48,649 nt of DNA from an uncultured Candidatus Peribacteria bacterium (GCA_964565575.1 CAZMFL010000001.1:1-48649), one strand, 5' to 3'; shown: positions 8,960-19,201, counted from the stretch's first letter. The notes: generated by a model from the sequence alone, not told the origin. A program made the numbers and translations.

Positions 8960-10162
8960 CTATGGGGAATTCTTGAAACAACGAGCAGAGAAACCGTTTG
9001 CACGGTAGCCGTAATCAGCTGGGTCAACATCGGACGAATCGAAGCCCAAGATATAGGAGCTCGCTCCATTAGGAGTAGACGACCAGTAGCGGCCGCCTGA
9101 CCCCTGACCGTAAACACCAGCGCTAGCGATGAGGCGGCGACCTGCCATAGGTAATTTAAGTGTATCTCTCAAGAGAAATCATTTATTACTTGCATATATA
9201 GCATCTCCCGAATAGATCTTTACCCGTGCATTATACAATCATTGTCGCTCTGTGCTTGTGGGTATATGATACCCTGTAGGACATGGTCACTGTCCGCCTG
9301 GTAATCGTAGGTTGGGATTCTGAGGTGTCGCCCAGTCATATGGGCTATTTGGTGCTAGAACAAATGTACTACCAGTATATGGTGCTGTAGGGCTTGGCAC
9401 TAGTGTGCTTGTTGTTGCTATTGTAGCAGTTCAGTCTTGATTGGTTCATGCTGTTCCATTCCAGAATCCATAGTTATTCCCTCGTTGATAGTAGTATCCA
9501 TACGAAGCAGATGTTGTTCCAACTTCCGATGCTCACAGGTTTTTATCCATCATCGTGTACACATTTGTTCCATCTGATACGATAGTATGTCCTCATTCGA
9601 AATATACTCATGGTACACTTGTGTCTACAGTTCCCCCTCCTGGCACGATATTGGTTGTTAGTCACTTTCCTACTTTTTGATATGATCCTTGTTTGTCTGA
9701 GTCTATTACCCCCGTACCGTTTGTTGTGTTTCCTTTCTTGGATTCCATTAGTGCAGTAATTGCATATCCTGTTCATGCATCGTTTGTCCAGTATGCGAAT
9801 GAGTCTCCTGTCGCTAGTATTCCTCCTGGTTCCGTTGATATAGCTACCGTTCACTTCCCTGGATCTGTGGGGATGTTTGTTAGGTATGGTGAGATTGCAT
9901 CTGTTACTATTGGTGTTGCTACGCTTATTCATGGTGCGCCTGTCAGTGGTGCTCGTGGATAGGTTGTTCCTTTCTCCTGTGCGTACAGTTCTACTGCACT
10001 TGAGATCTGTCATACCTTTACTATACGCGCAGAATCACTTGCTCTTTCTTTTGCTCCTGTTAATCTAGGGACCAGTACGCCAGCGAGGATTCCGATGATC
10101 ACTACGACAACCAGCATCTCTATCAGGGTAAAAGATTTGCGTTGTGTTTGAAATTTCGTCAT
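8960..10162 (-). CDS. DGR target: type IV pilin-like N-terminus fused to a Fib_succ_major (FISUMP)/C-type-lectin-fold-like C-terminal domain (400 aa)
   Basis: I hand-translated the whole gene. It is a continuous frame from ATG 10162 to TAG 8960..8962 with 15 in-frame TGA. The N-terminus MTKFQTQRKSFTLIEMLVVVVIIGILAGVLVPRLTGAKERASDSARI is a prepilin/GspG-like class III signal plus helix. The C-terminal part has TMMDKNLGA, YGYYYQRGNNYGF, CPTGYHIPTSTE and LKLPMAGRR...YWSST...GFSARC, typical of TIGR02145-type domains that DGRs diversify. Confidence 0.85.
8970..9147 (-). repeat. DGR variable repeat (VR), last ~59 codons of the target gene
   Basis: This is the counterpart of the TR. It encodes AGRRLIASAGVYGQGSGGRYWSSTPNGASSYILGFDSSDVDPADYGYRANGFSARCFKN. 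The 3' ~36 nt (ccgtgcaaacggtttctctgctcgttgtttcaagaa) is identical to the TR, which is IMH-like. Confidence 0.9.
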
Positions 10163-10279
10163 TCAGTTGGGGTTAAGGGTAAATTGTTAGTTATTAATCA
10201 TTGTTTGTATTATAGAATCTTAAGCGTATTGCAAGGTGGATTTTCTATTATGCCGTATTTTCTATCTATACTGAAATAT

Positions 10280-10337
10280 AAAAAAATCGCCTTGCGATTT
10301 TTTTACCGACGGTCTGTCGGTGACCGACGGTTTTTTT
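10280..10337 (-). terminator. Cluster of terminator-like hairpins (bidirectional)
   Basis: A7-ATCGC-CTT-GCGAT-T7 is a palindromic hairpin with runs on both sides. It is followed by the overlapping hairpins ACCGAC-ggtct-GTCGGT and GTCGG-tga-CCGAC plus T7. The cluster lies between the ATPase stop (10440) and the target-gene start (10162). Confidence 0.5.
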
Positions 10338-10439
10338 GGAAAACTGTTAGTGTGTAGGAAACCGTAGTGAGTAACTTTGTTTGCCCGAAGGGAGTTGTTA
10401 TATAAATTTTTAAATCTTTTCTTTCAGAAAAATTGTAAT

Positions 10440-11561
10440 CTAGAGTAATAGAGAGAGCCAGTTTTCTGTTGTTATGGTAGAAAATTTTTGTTTCCCATAC
10501 TTTTTTACGAAATCTTCTGGGATAGCGGCATTTTTAGTTCGTTTGCACTCATAACAATCAAGTTTTCCATCATATTCACGGATAAGATCTATTTCTGCTC
10601 ATTGATAGTTTCTCCAAAAATAGAGATTTCCATGTTGTTGGGTATATGTATGCTTTTTAAGATATTCCATAATGACAAAATTTTCCCAAAGTTGTCCTTT
10701 ATCATTTCTTGAATCAAAACCATTAAATTGATTAATTACTGCATTTCTGATTCCTGTATCTAAGAAATAATATTTGCGTTTTTTGGTGATTTCATTTCTC
10801 AGATTACTATTCCATGCTCCAAGAGAAACAAGCACAAATCATTTTTCTAAAATATCTAAATAGCGACTAACTGTTTTAGTGTCTATACCGATTTTTGTTG
10901 CTAGTTCATGAATAGAAACTTCCTGGCCTACTTGAAAAGCAAGTAATTTGAGTAGATCAATAAGATGTCTAGGTGATTTTATCTTTTCCAGAGCAAGAAC
11001 ATCTTTTAGAAGATAAGATTCTACTAGTTCAGTCAATATTTCTTTTTTCTTGGCAAAAGAAGAACTCATAATTACTTCTGGATACGATCAGTAAATTAGA
11101 AACTCCTCTAGATGTTCTTGAAGTTCATATTTGTTATATATCGACAAGAGTTCTTGTTGCGAACAAGGATAAAGCGTAAGAGTTTTCTTTCTGCCTGTGA
11201 GTGGTTCTCAAATATACTGAGAGAGTTCAAATGAAGAAGAACCTGTTGCTATAATTGTTTTTTCTGGAAGATTGTCTATCAGAATTTTTAATCCTGCTCC
11301 TATGTGAGGGATATTTTGTGCTTCATCTATTGCTATAATATCATATCCTTCTGCATATCTCAATATTTGTTCCATATCTCTACTTGAGAAAAGATTTTGA
11401 AGTTTTATGTTTTCTCCTGTATCTAGTTTATATGGTTTGTTACTTGACTCAAGAAAATGTTTGAGAAGAGTGGTTTTACCAGTTCTTCTTGGTCCATATA
11501 AAATCAATACTCTCCCTTTCCAAAAGTATTTTTCTAAGTTTTTATATATTCTTGTAATCAT
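10440..11561 (-). CDS. AAA+ ATPase with C-terminal DUF4143-like region (373 aa)
   Basis: Three ORF-track pieces lie in one frame joined by TGA, and I hand-checked the joins. Walker A is LYGPRRTGKTT and Walker B is IIAIDEAQ. A winged-helix-like segment is HELATKIGIDTKTVSRYLDILEK. The ORF ends in TAG at 10440..10442. Confidence 0.8.
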
Positions 11562-11716
11562 GAGTCTTGTAATTAGCTATTAAAATTGGGAACACAACTC
11601 CCAATATTTTATATAATATTACGAATTAATACATAATGATAAAATAAAATCAAGAGGAAATTCGACCGATCTCAATCTCCCCTACAAAAACCGAATGGAA
11701 AATATATACTAGCAGT

Positions 11717-12997
11717 ATGCTATTTGTTTGAGATGTGCACATAAATGCGAAGCAAAGCGCCAAAATTCTTCAGGAACTACGCCAGTTTGTGGATGGTTTT
11801 CCTGCAGAAAAAAATATAGTTTTCTTGGGTGATTATATGTATATGTTTAGTTACGATCGCCAGGCGCTTGCTGATTTGTTTGATTTTTTTCTCTCGCTCT
11901 GGGATGAGGGCAAAAATGTGTATGTTCTGGCGGGTAATCACGACTGGCTCAATCAGCATTTCATCTATCACGAATGAAAAAAGATTGCCGATATTCTCAA
12001 TGCGCGCACGAGTGAAAATAAAATACATTTTATAACTGAGCCAAGCACCTATCTTATAGAGTGAAAAGAGTTTTTCTTTTTGCCATTCAACAAAGAGTTT
12101 TTACATACACAAAAAGAAACATTTCTCCAAAAATACGCTACCAGCATCCCTTGATCGCTCGCAGATGCGCCGAGTCTTTTCAGCGAAAGCATCCGTTTGT
12201 TGGCTTCCAAAAACAGCAACGAACAACTATCCTGAGCGTTAAATATGACCCTTTTTGAAATATATTTTTCTGAAAAAACAGCAGAAAAGAAGCCGATACT
12301 TGTGCATCATTACTACACTGCAAACACATCGTTTCCATGACAATTTGCGAAGTTTGATTACAAAGATATTTCTTTACATCCTCTGCGAATGGAGGTTGTA
12401 CCTACGGTTATCTCCGGTCATCTCCACAAAGCATTTACCCACAAAAACTATTTTTGCGTGGGAAGCACATGGCACTCCTCTAGCACCGAGCGCGATCAGC
12501 AAAAGCGGTTTTGGCAGTACGATCTCAAGACAAATCTACGAGAAGGAAAAGCTATCAACATAAACCCATATTTGACCTTAGATCTTGATACGACAGGCGT
12601 TTGAACAACCGACCAATCAATCACGAACGAAACGATAGTCACTGTTTACCAAAACGTTTACAAAAATCACATAAGTTGGTTTGGAGAGAACATAGATCCT
12701 TGAGCAATCCCGACGTTCGATGCAAGTGATATATCACTCATTTTTTACACACAAAAAAACATATCGGATATAGAACAACTCCTCTCTGGTGAGATCAGAG
12801 AGACCATCCACGATATCCAATACAAACAAAAACTCTCTACACAAGAAGACATGACCGAGCTTCTGGATATTTCTCAATACAATCTCCAACAATCACTCCT
12901 AGATTGGAAGGAATTAGTGAAAAAATACATTTTGTCAAGATATTGAACTGAAAGTGAGAAATATCGCACGCTATTATCCGAATTAAATATTCTTTAA
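11717..12997 (+). CDS. Calcineurin-like metallophosphoesterase (SbcD/Mre11-like N-terminal domain) with long C-terminal extension (426 aa)
   Basis: The ORF starts at ATG 11717 and begins MLFV[TGA=G]DVH. Its motifs are GDxH, VFLGDY and LAGNHDW. I hand-checked the continuous frame to TAA 12995..12997. Confidence 0.7.
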
Positions 12998-13068
12998 TCG
13001 ATAGTTTTTTCTTTTTCAAGCATTTGTGTTTATACTAAGGTATAGTATTTTATTTTGCATATCTTTGC

Positions 13069-15879
13069 ATGAACACAGTAGCAAAACAAAAGGGAACAAG
13101 TAAAACAACGACGCTCCTGAAAACAATTGGTGGAGCGGTCCTTTTCCTCACAGTACTTTTGGGGTACACTAATTTTTTTTCACACTCAACGCACTCTGAG
13201 ATTCCCACCAAAACAGTAAGTACCGTGGCTATCAATCAAAGTTCCCAGATAGATAGTACACACTCCCAAAGCGTTTTTGATGCAACATATACATTTCAAA
13301 AAACGGTTGCATTCGCTACAGGTTGAGCGCTATCAGATCCCGCTAAAGAGGGTGCGGATGTGGACTTCGTGCAGTTATTACAAAGCTCACTAAAAGCATT
13401 TTATATGTTTTTTCGACCACTGCTCTGGATTGCAGGTCTTGCTATGGATAACTCTTTAGTCTTTGGAGAGGTGTTTAAACTAGATAAAGCTCTCTGGCAA
13501 TTTTGGCAAATGGCAAGAAATTTTGCTAATTTTATCATCTGATTTATGTTTTTGCGACAAGTACTAAAATATATTTTTGACATCAAATCATGAAAATCTG
13601 ACACGACAAATGTGACCAAAATAATCACGAAACTCTTGCTTTCTAGTGTCGGTGTACAAATGAGCTGGTTTATCATGTGAGCACTAATAGATCTTTCAAT
13701 AGTGCTGACCGCTGGGTTGTGATGATTACCATTAAATATTGTTGATCAAAATGTTGCCAGTAAACCAATTTTTGGAATGAAAACATCGGTAAAATTGAAT
13801 GCAAAAGCCGCAATAAATGACAATCTTGTAGCCGTCTATACGTGGGATTGATCAGCTCTTTCTGCCTCTACTGCCAAATACCTTCTTCCTTGTTTTACCG
13901 AAAAGGATGAAATCAAACGAGAAGAAGATTTTAAAAATGCATACAAGATCTCAGAAAAAACAGATGCTTGAGGTTGAGCTTGATGAGGTGGTAGTGGGAA
14001 AGTGTTACCTTTGACGGTAAAAAAAGAAGATATTAATCGAGATTATTGTATTTTTTGACAAGATGTTCTGACAAAAAGCAAAGCTCCAGAAGGGACAAAA
14101 TTAGTTGCATGAAATGAAAACATGCAAAACATTATCATTGAATCAAGAAAAGAATTTGTAGGGGCAATGAATTGTAAAGTGACTATTGGTGATGATGGAT
14201 ATGAAAAGGATGTAGAAAACATCAAAAAGTCTCCATGTAGCTTTTTGTGAAATCTTACGAAAAAAGGGATGTGAAAACAATGAGCATTTTTCTCGTTGTA
14301 TGCTTCTATTTTAGGCCTTTCCAGTATTCAATTAGACGCACCCTTAACAACTGCAGCACTTACAATAGAAACACTTATAAAAATGATAATCGCAGTTGCT
14401 TTTATCATACCGATAGGAATACTAATTGTCGTTTTGATTATAAGAGTAGCATATTTACGGGTAATTATAGCATTTTCTCCGCTTATAGCTTTGGGAATTG
14501 CTTGAAACATAATGCCAAAAAATCCACTTACTGACAAGTTTACTCTTTCAAGCATCTTATCTCTTATATTGTTGCCAGCAGTCGTCACCTTCGCTATATC
14601 ATTATCTATTATATTACTCACCTCCCTAACCGAGTGATTTTCTAGAAAATGATCTTTAGAAACAATCGGTATCCATCAAAGAGTAGTCGATTGAGCATCT
14701 TGTTATGATGTTTGAATTACAACATTGTGTATAAATAGCAAAGCTATAAATTTTGGCGCAGGAATTACTGATTATTTCACTTGGATAATAATGAATATTT
14801 TTGGAATAGGACTTATGTGGTTTGCTGTTATGGCAGCACTGAAAACGAGCAGTTTAACCAAGAAAACCGTTGAAAGTATTGAATGAATGGTTTCTGGTAT
14901 CGCCTGATGAGCTCAAATTATTCCTTTGCCAGGTGGCGGATATTGAAGTTATTGAGGTATCACATGAGCAGTTAAAGAAATTACCTGAAAAATTACTAAT
15001 GCTCCTGGACAACAAGTCTCAAAAACGGCAAATATTATAGATGGAATTGGAAATAACTTACTAGGAAAAGATAGAAAACTGGAGGGACAAATTAGTACAG
15101 CCACTAGCATAACACAAAATAGTGAAACGAAAATGGAAGACACATTTAAGACATTAGATAATATTGTAAAAGATGAATCTTTATTCAAAGATCTTAATGA
15201 AAACATAACACAAATTGATGGAATAAAGGATTATTTCAATGCATTAAATGCAAAAATGGGTAGCTCCTACAAATTTGAATCAGAGAAGGAAGTGTTTAAT
15301 CCAAAATCTGCTCAATGAGCCAAATTCTTGACTAATCTAGTTGCTCATGGAGATGCATATTTAGGTGAATGAAGATGATCTCAGATCATTAACAATATGA
15401 AATTCTTCTATAAAACAAATGGTGAAATAGATAAAGATATACAAGATTATTTACAAAAAATCATCGATAATAGTAAAGCAGAAAAAACGTATAAAGTTGA
15501 TACGAATGGGAAAATACAAAAAATAATCAAACTCGAACCTGAGGATGGAAAAGAAAAGTCAATAGAATTAGAAGCAACAGAAAAAGAAAAAGAATCACTC
15601 GTGGGTGAGTATGATGAGTACATAAAAAATATAAAACTAGCAGATGCTCGTAGCAAACAAAATGCTGAAGCAGAATTAACTAAATGGATTACAAAAACGT
15701 TTGGCAATACTACTACCCGTCAAGATGTTGAAAATGCCTTACGTCCTGCTAAAGCGAACAAACCAAACAACGGAGCACAAAAATCTGCTCAATCTAATCC
15801 AACTAGTTGATCTTCTACTGCGCAATCGTCAACAAATAGTGGAACTCCAAATGGGGCAAATCCAACACCAAATCCATAA
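13069..15879 (+). CDS. Large polytopic membrane protein, paralogue A (936 aa), unknown function
   Basis: I hand-translated frame 1 from ATG 13069 to TAA 15877..15879 and found only TGA interruptions. It has an N-terminal TM helix, several hydrophobic segments, and a K/E/N-rich hydrophilic C-terminal third. Confidence 0.8.
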
Positions 15880-15918
15880 AAAAAATAATGAGTAATATTT
15901 AGACCGATTACATACACC

Positions 15919-17943
15919 ATGAATAAAAAATATTTCTATCTGATAGCAATCCTTGCCCTAGCGTTCTTCCTCCCATGGGATAGTGTTTTTGCGACGGTTA
16001 CTGGCGCGGAATGTGCTGAGATTTCGACATTAAACACAGCAGACGGAATAATTGGTACTATTTTCGATGTGTTAGTGAGGATAGGATCTTGGATATGGAT
16101 TATTTTTGCAGTGCTAGCGTGAAAACTTATGAGTAATGACTGGGTATATGCATCTGGACTCTGATTAGATAAAGCGCTCTGGTTGTTGTGGAATTATATG
16201 AAAAATATTGCAAATTTTGCAATTGCTTGATTACTAATATACCAAATTGTAAGATGAGTGATCGGGAAAGACTCCTTCAACATCAAAGCGCTTCTTCCCA
16301 AGGTGCTCGTTTCTACTGTGCTTGTAAATATGAGTTGGTTCATAATGGGTGCAGCAATTGATCTTTCAAATATTTGAACTGCTGCTGTCGGTGCGATTCC
16401 ACAAGCATTTCTCAAAACGAACAAAATAAACGAGACACAGATGAGAGAACTTCTTGCCACAGCAAAAGATACAATTAAAGTACAATTGGAATGTAAGGAT
16501 CCAATAGTTGCAGAGAACAAAACAAATTCTGAAAAAAAAGACTATAAGTTAGACAAGGTTTGGGCTCGTTTTAATGATATGAGCGGTCCTTTGATGTTTA
16601 TGGGAATGAGCATATTCAGATTGCAAGAATTTAATATAACAAATGATACCACGGGCAGTCGAAGCGATTTATCTCTTTCCGGCATTATCAAAATTTTTAT
16701 TCTTGTCATGTTTTTAGCTCCAATTATAGCATTATTACTCATAAATCTAAAAAGAGTCGTGTATCTTTGGATTATTATTATATTTTCTCCTCTTCTAGTT
16801 CTATTTAACGATAAGGGGCTCTCTAAAATGCCAAAATTAGAAGGGAAAGTATGATGAAATAGCATCAATGAGTTGGTTTCAATCAAAGAAATTGTAGGAA
16901 TGATATTCGCTCCAATGTTCACCATCGCTGGAATGGCAATTACTCTTATACTGACCAGTAGTATGTTTTTTGTTTTAGGATGAGCCACAACAAAAGAGAA
17001 TACCGATCCAGGTAGAGTATCAATACCGCTAGGCAATGGAGCGAGCATAACAAGAGAAAACAAAGAGACGAATTCTTTTATCACGCCAGGGAGTTCAATT
17101 ACCTTCCAAGGTGATATTTTTTCAGATGTCGCAAAATTTGCATGAGGTACGGTTTGATACCTTATTCTTGTAACAATGACTATTTTGCTTCTCCGATGAG
17201 TACTTTGAATTAGTGCAAACACCTCTAAGATTGCAGCCTCAACATATGATGGAGTCATGAAACTTGGAAAGAGTTTAACTTTGTGAGCAAAATTTATACC
17301 TATGTGATGAATGGGTGAAAAAGTTTCACTAGGATGACTTGCGTGATCGCCACAAGCTCTGATGAATAATTATAAAAGCAAAATGCAAGACAAGCAAACA
17401 GAAGAGAAACAAACTTTGACAAGAAAATTTTGAGAAACTGGTTTATGACAATTTTTTGAAAATAATTATGGTCTTAGTTTTTGAGAAATAAACGACATTG
17501 AGGATGGAACGGTGAGTAGACTATCAAATTCTTGAGGGGATAACTTTTCTGCATATTTAGGTAAATTAAAGGAGGAAGTAACAAAATTCGGAAAAACAAA
17601 AATTACAGTTTCCAGTTGAGCAAAACTCAAGAAACTTCTTACAAAATATGCATCAGAGAATCCTAGTTCAATAACAAGCCTAAGAAGTAAACCGGGTTAC
17701 AGTTTGACTCCAGGGGAACAACAAGCATTGAGTAAATTTGATGTGAAACAAGCTGATAAGTTATTTAGCACAACCGAAGATTTAGGAAAAGCGTTTATCA
17801 AAGTGGTAACTGCAGAATTAACAGGAAGCGCCTTGAGATGAAATATTACTGATAGTTCAGTACTTTTTGCTTCTGAGTCACAAAAAGCGAAAGACGCACC
17901 TGAGAGTACAGACACGCCTGAGACACCTAAAGCATCATCATAA
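15919..17943 (+). CDS. Large polytopic membrane protein, paralogue B (674 aa), unknown function
   Basis: I hand-translated the frame from ATG 15919 to TAA 17941..17943. It shares blocks with paralogue A: LDKALWLLWNYMKNIANFAIAG vs LDKALWQFWQMARNFANFIIG, NMSWFIMGAAIDLS vs QMSWFIMGALIDLS, and IIIFSPLLVL vs IIAFSPLIAL. Confidence 0.8.
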
Positions 17944-18220
17944 TGAACTACATAAGAAAGAGAAAATAATAATTAATTTTTCACTTGCAATTTGTTTTCG
18001 GATCCCTATATTTACTCCATTGCTGTGGAAGTATTTTTGCAGCGAACAACCCAAGATAGCCGGTGAAGAAATCTATTTCTTATAAATCCTGCTGAGGTAA
18101 GTAGTCTTCTTTGGAAGTAATTTATGATGAGGGGCGCATCGCACTAACACATAAAAAACTTCATCTATGAAACTCTCCCTCCTTGGAAAGTTTTTTTATA
18201 TTTGACACAATGAAGCCAGG

Positions 18221-18730
18221 ATGGCAATTACTAAACAGAAAAAACACGACCTCGTTGCTGAATATGCGAAAGAAATCGCAAAAGCAAAAAACGTTGTAAT
18301 CGTGAAACAATCTGGTCTTTCTGTAAATGACGGAAACGAGCTTAGAAAAAACCTTGCAACTGCGAATGGTAAATTCTCTATTGTCAGAAAAAGATTGTTT
18401 TTGAGGTCTATTGAACAGGCAGGATTGGAAGTTGTAAAACACGACGATCTTGATGGCGCGATCGTAGCACTCTATGCTATGGAAGATGAATACGCTCCTA
18501 TGAAAGAGATTCAAAAATTCATCAAAGCTGGTAAGAAGACTGAAAAAAAATACTCTATTGAGTATGTTGGAGGTCGGTTTGATAAACAATGGAAAGACGG
18601 TGAGTATGTTAAAACTCTTGCTACTCTTCCTACAAAAGAAGAATTGGTTGCAAAACTACTATTCTTACTCAAACATCCAGTACAAAAATTTGTTGGTACT
18701 CTTGATGCTATTGCAAAAAAACAAGCATAG
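18221..18730 (+). CDS. rplJ: 50S ribosomal protein L10
   Basis: Intact 169-aa ORF. MAITKQKKHDLVAEYAKEIAKAKNVVIVKQSGLSVNDGNELRKNL is a typical L10 N-terminus, and rplL follows directly. Confidence 0.9.
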   Translation: MAITKQKKHDLVAEYAKEIAKAKNVVIVKQSGLSVNDGNELRKNLATANGKFSIVRKRLFLRSIEQAGLEVVKHDDLDGAIVALYAMEDEYAPMKEIQKFIKAGKKTEKKYSIEYVGGRFDKQWKDGEYVKTLATLPTKEELVAKLLFLLKHPVQKFVGTLDAIAKKQA

Positions 18731-18788
18731 TATCTAGATACACTAATTATTCGTTGCACATTTATATTATTATATCTTTGTATTCACA

Positions 18789-19169
18789 ATGACATTAACA
18801 AACAACGCACAAAAGATCTTTGATCTAGTGAAAGAACTTACAGCTGTTGAATTAGCAGAACTTGTAAAAGCTCTTGAGGAAGAATTTGGTGTTACTGCTG
18901 CAGCTATGGTAGTTGCTGGTGGTGCTACAGGTGGTGATGAGGGCGGTGCTGCTGCTAAAGACTCAGTAAATGTTGAACTTACTGATGCTGGTCAACAAAA
19001 GATTGCAGTAATTAAGGTTGTAAAAGAAATCCTTAATATCGATCTTAAGGCTGCTAAAGACCTAGTTGAAAAAGCTCCAGTTATGGTTAAGGAGAATGTA
19101 AAACAAGATGAGGGGGAAACTCTTCAAAACAAACTCCAAGAAGCAGGAGCGACAGTTACACTAAAATAG
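18789..19169 (+). CDS. rplL: 50S ribosomal protein L7/L12
   Basis: 126-aa ORF with LTAVELAELVKALEEEFGV, an A/G-rich hinge and a KIAVIKVVKEI...LKAAKDLVE C-terminal domain. Confidence 0.95.
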   Translation: MTLTNNAQKIFDLVKELTAVELAELVKALEEEFGVTAAAMVVAGGATGGDEGGAAAKDSVNVELTDAGQQKIAVIKVVKEILNIDLKAAKDLVEKAPVMVKENVKQDEGETLQNKLQEAGATVTLK

Positions 19170-19201
19170 CACCATTTACTCTTTTTTATTAGATACTCCA
19201 T

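Larger units (their letters stand above)
7469..10162 (-). mobile_element. Diversity-generating retroelement cassette (target/VR, MutS-like ORF, TR, Avd-like ORF) without a cis-encoded reverse transcriptase
   Basis: The call rests on the combination of the features above. The flanking genes (mutS at 7407 and an AAA ATPase at 10440) are not RTs. Confidence 0.8.

Noticed and set aside
9543-10013. A 156-aa minus-strand ORF inside the DGR target locus.
   Set aside because: It is a different frame from the 400-aa pilin-like ORF, which is continuous under code 25 and carries the pilin and FISUMP motifs. The alternative frame is R/N/T-rich with no motifs.
16542-17258. A 238-aa minus-strand ORF. Similar long antisense ORFs occur at 27060..27776, 20388..20921, 30279..30746 and 41212..41799.
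   Set aside because: Each lies antisense to a well-supported gene (membrane protein B, rpoC, tsf, the rpmA tail, the 1673-aa gene). Their translations are low-complexity shadows with no motifs. They are artefacts of AT-rich or repeat-rich coding sequence.
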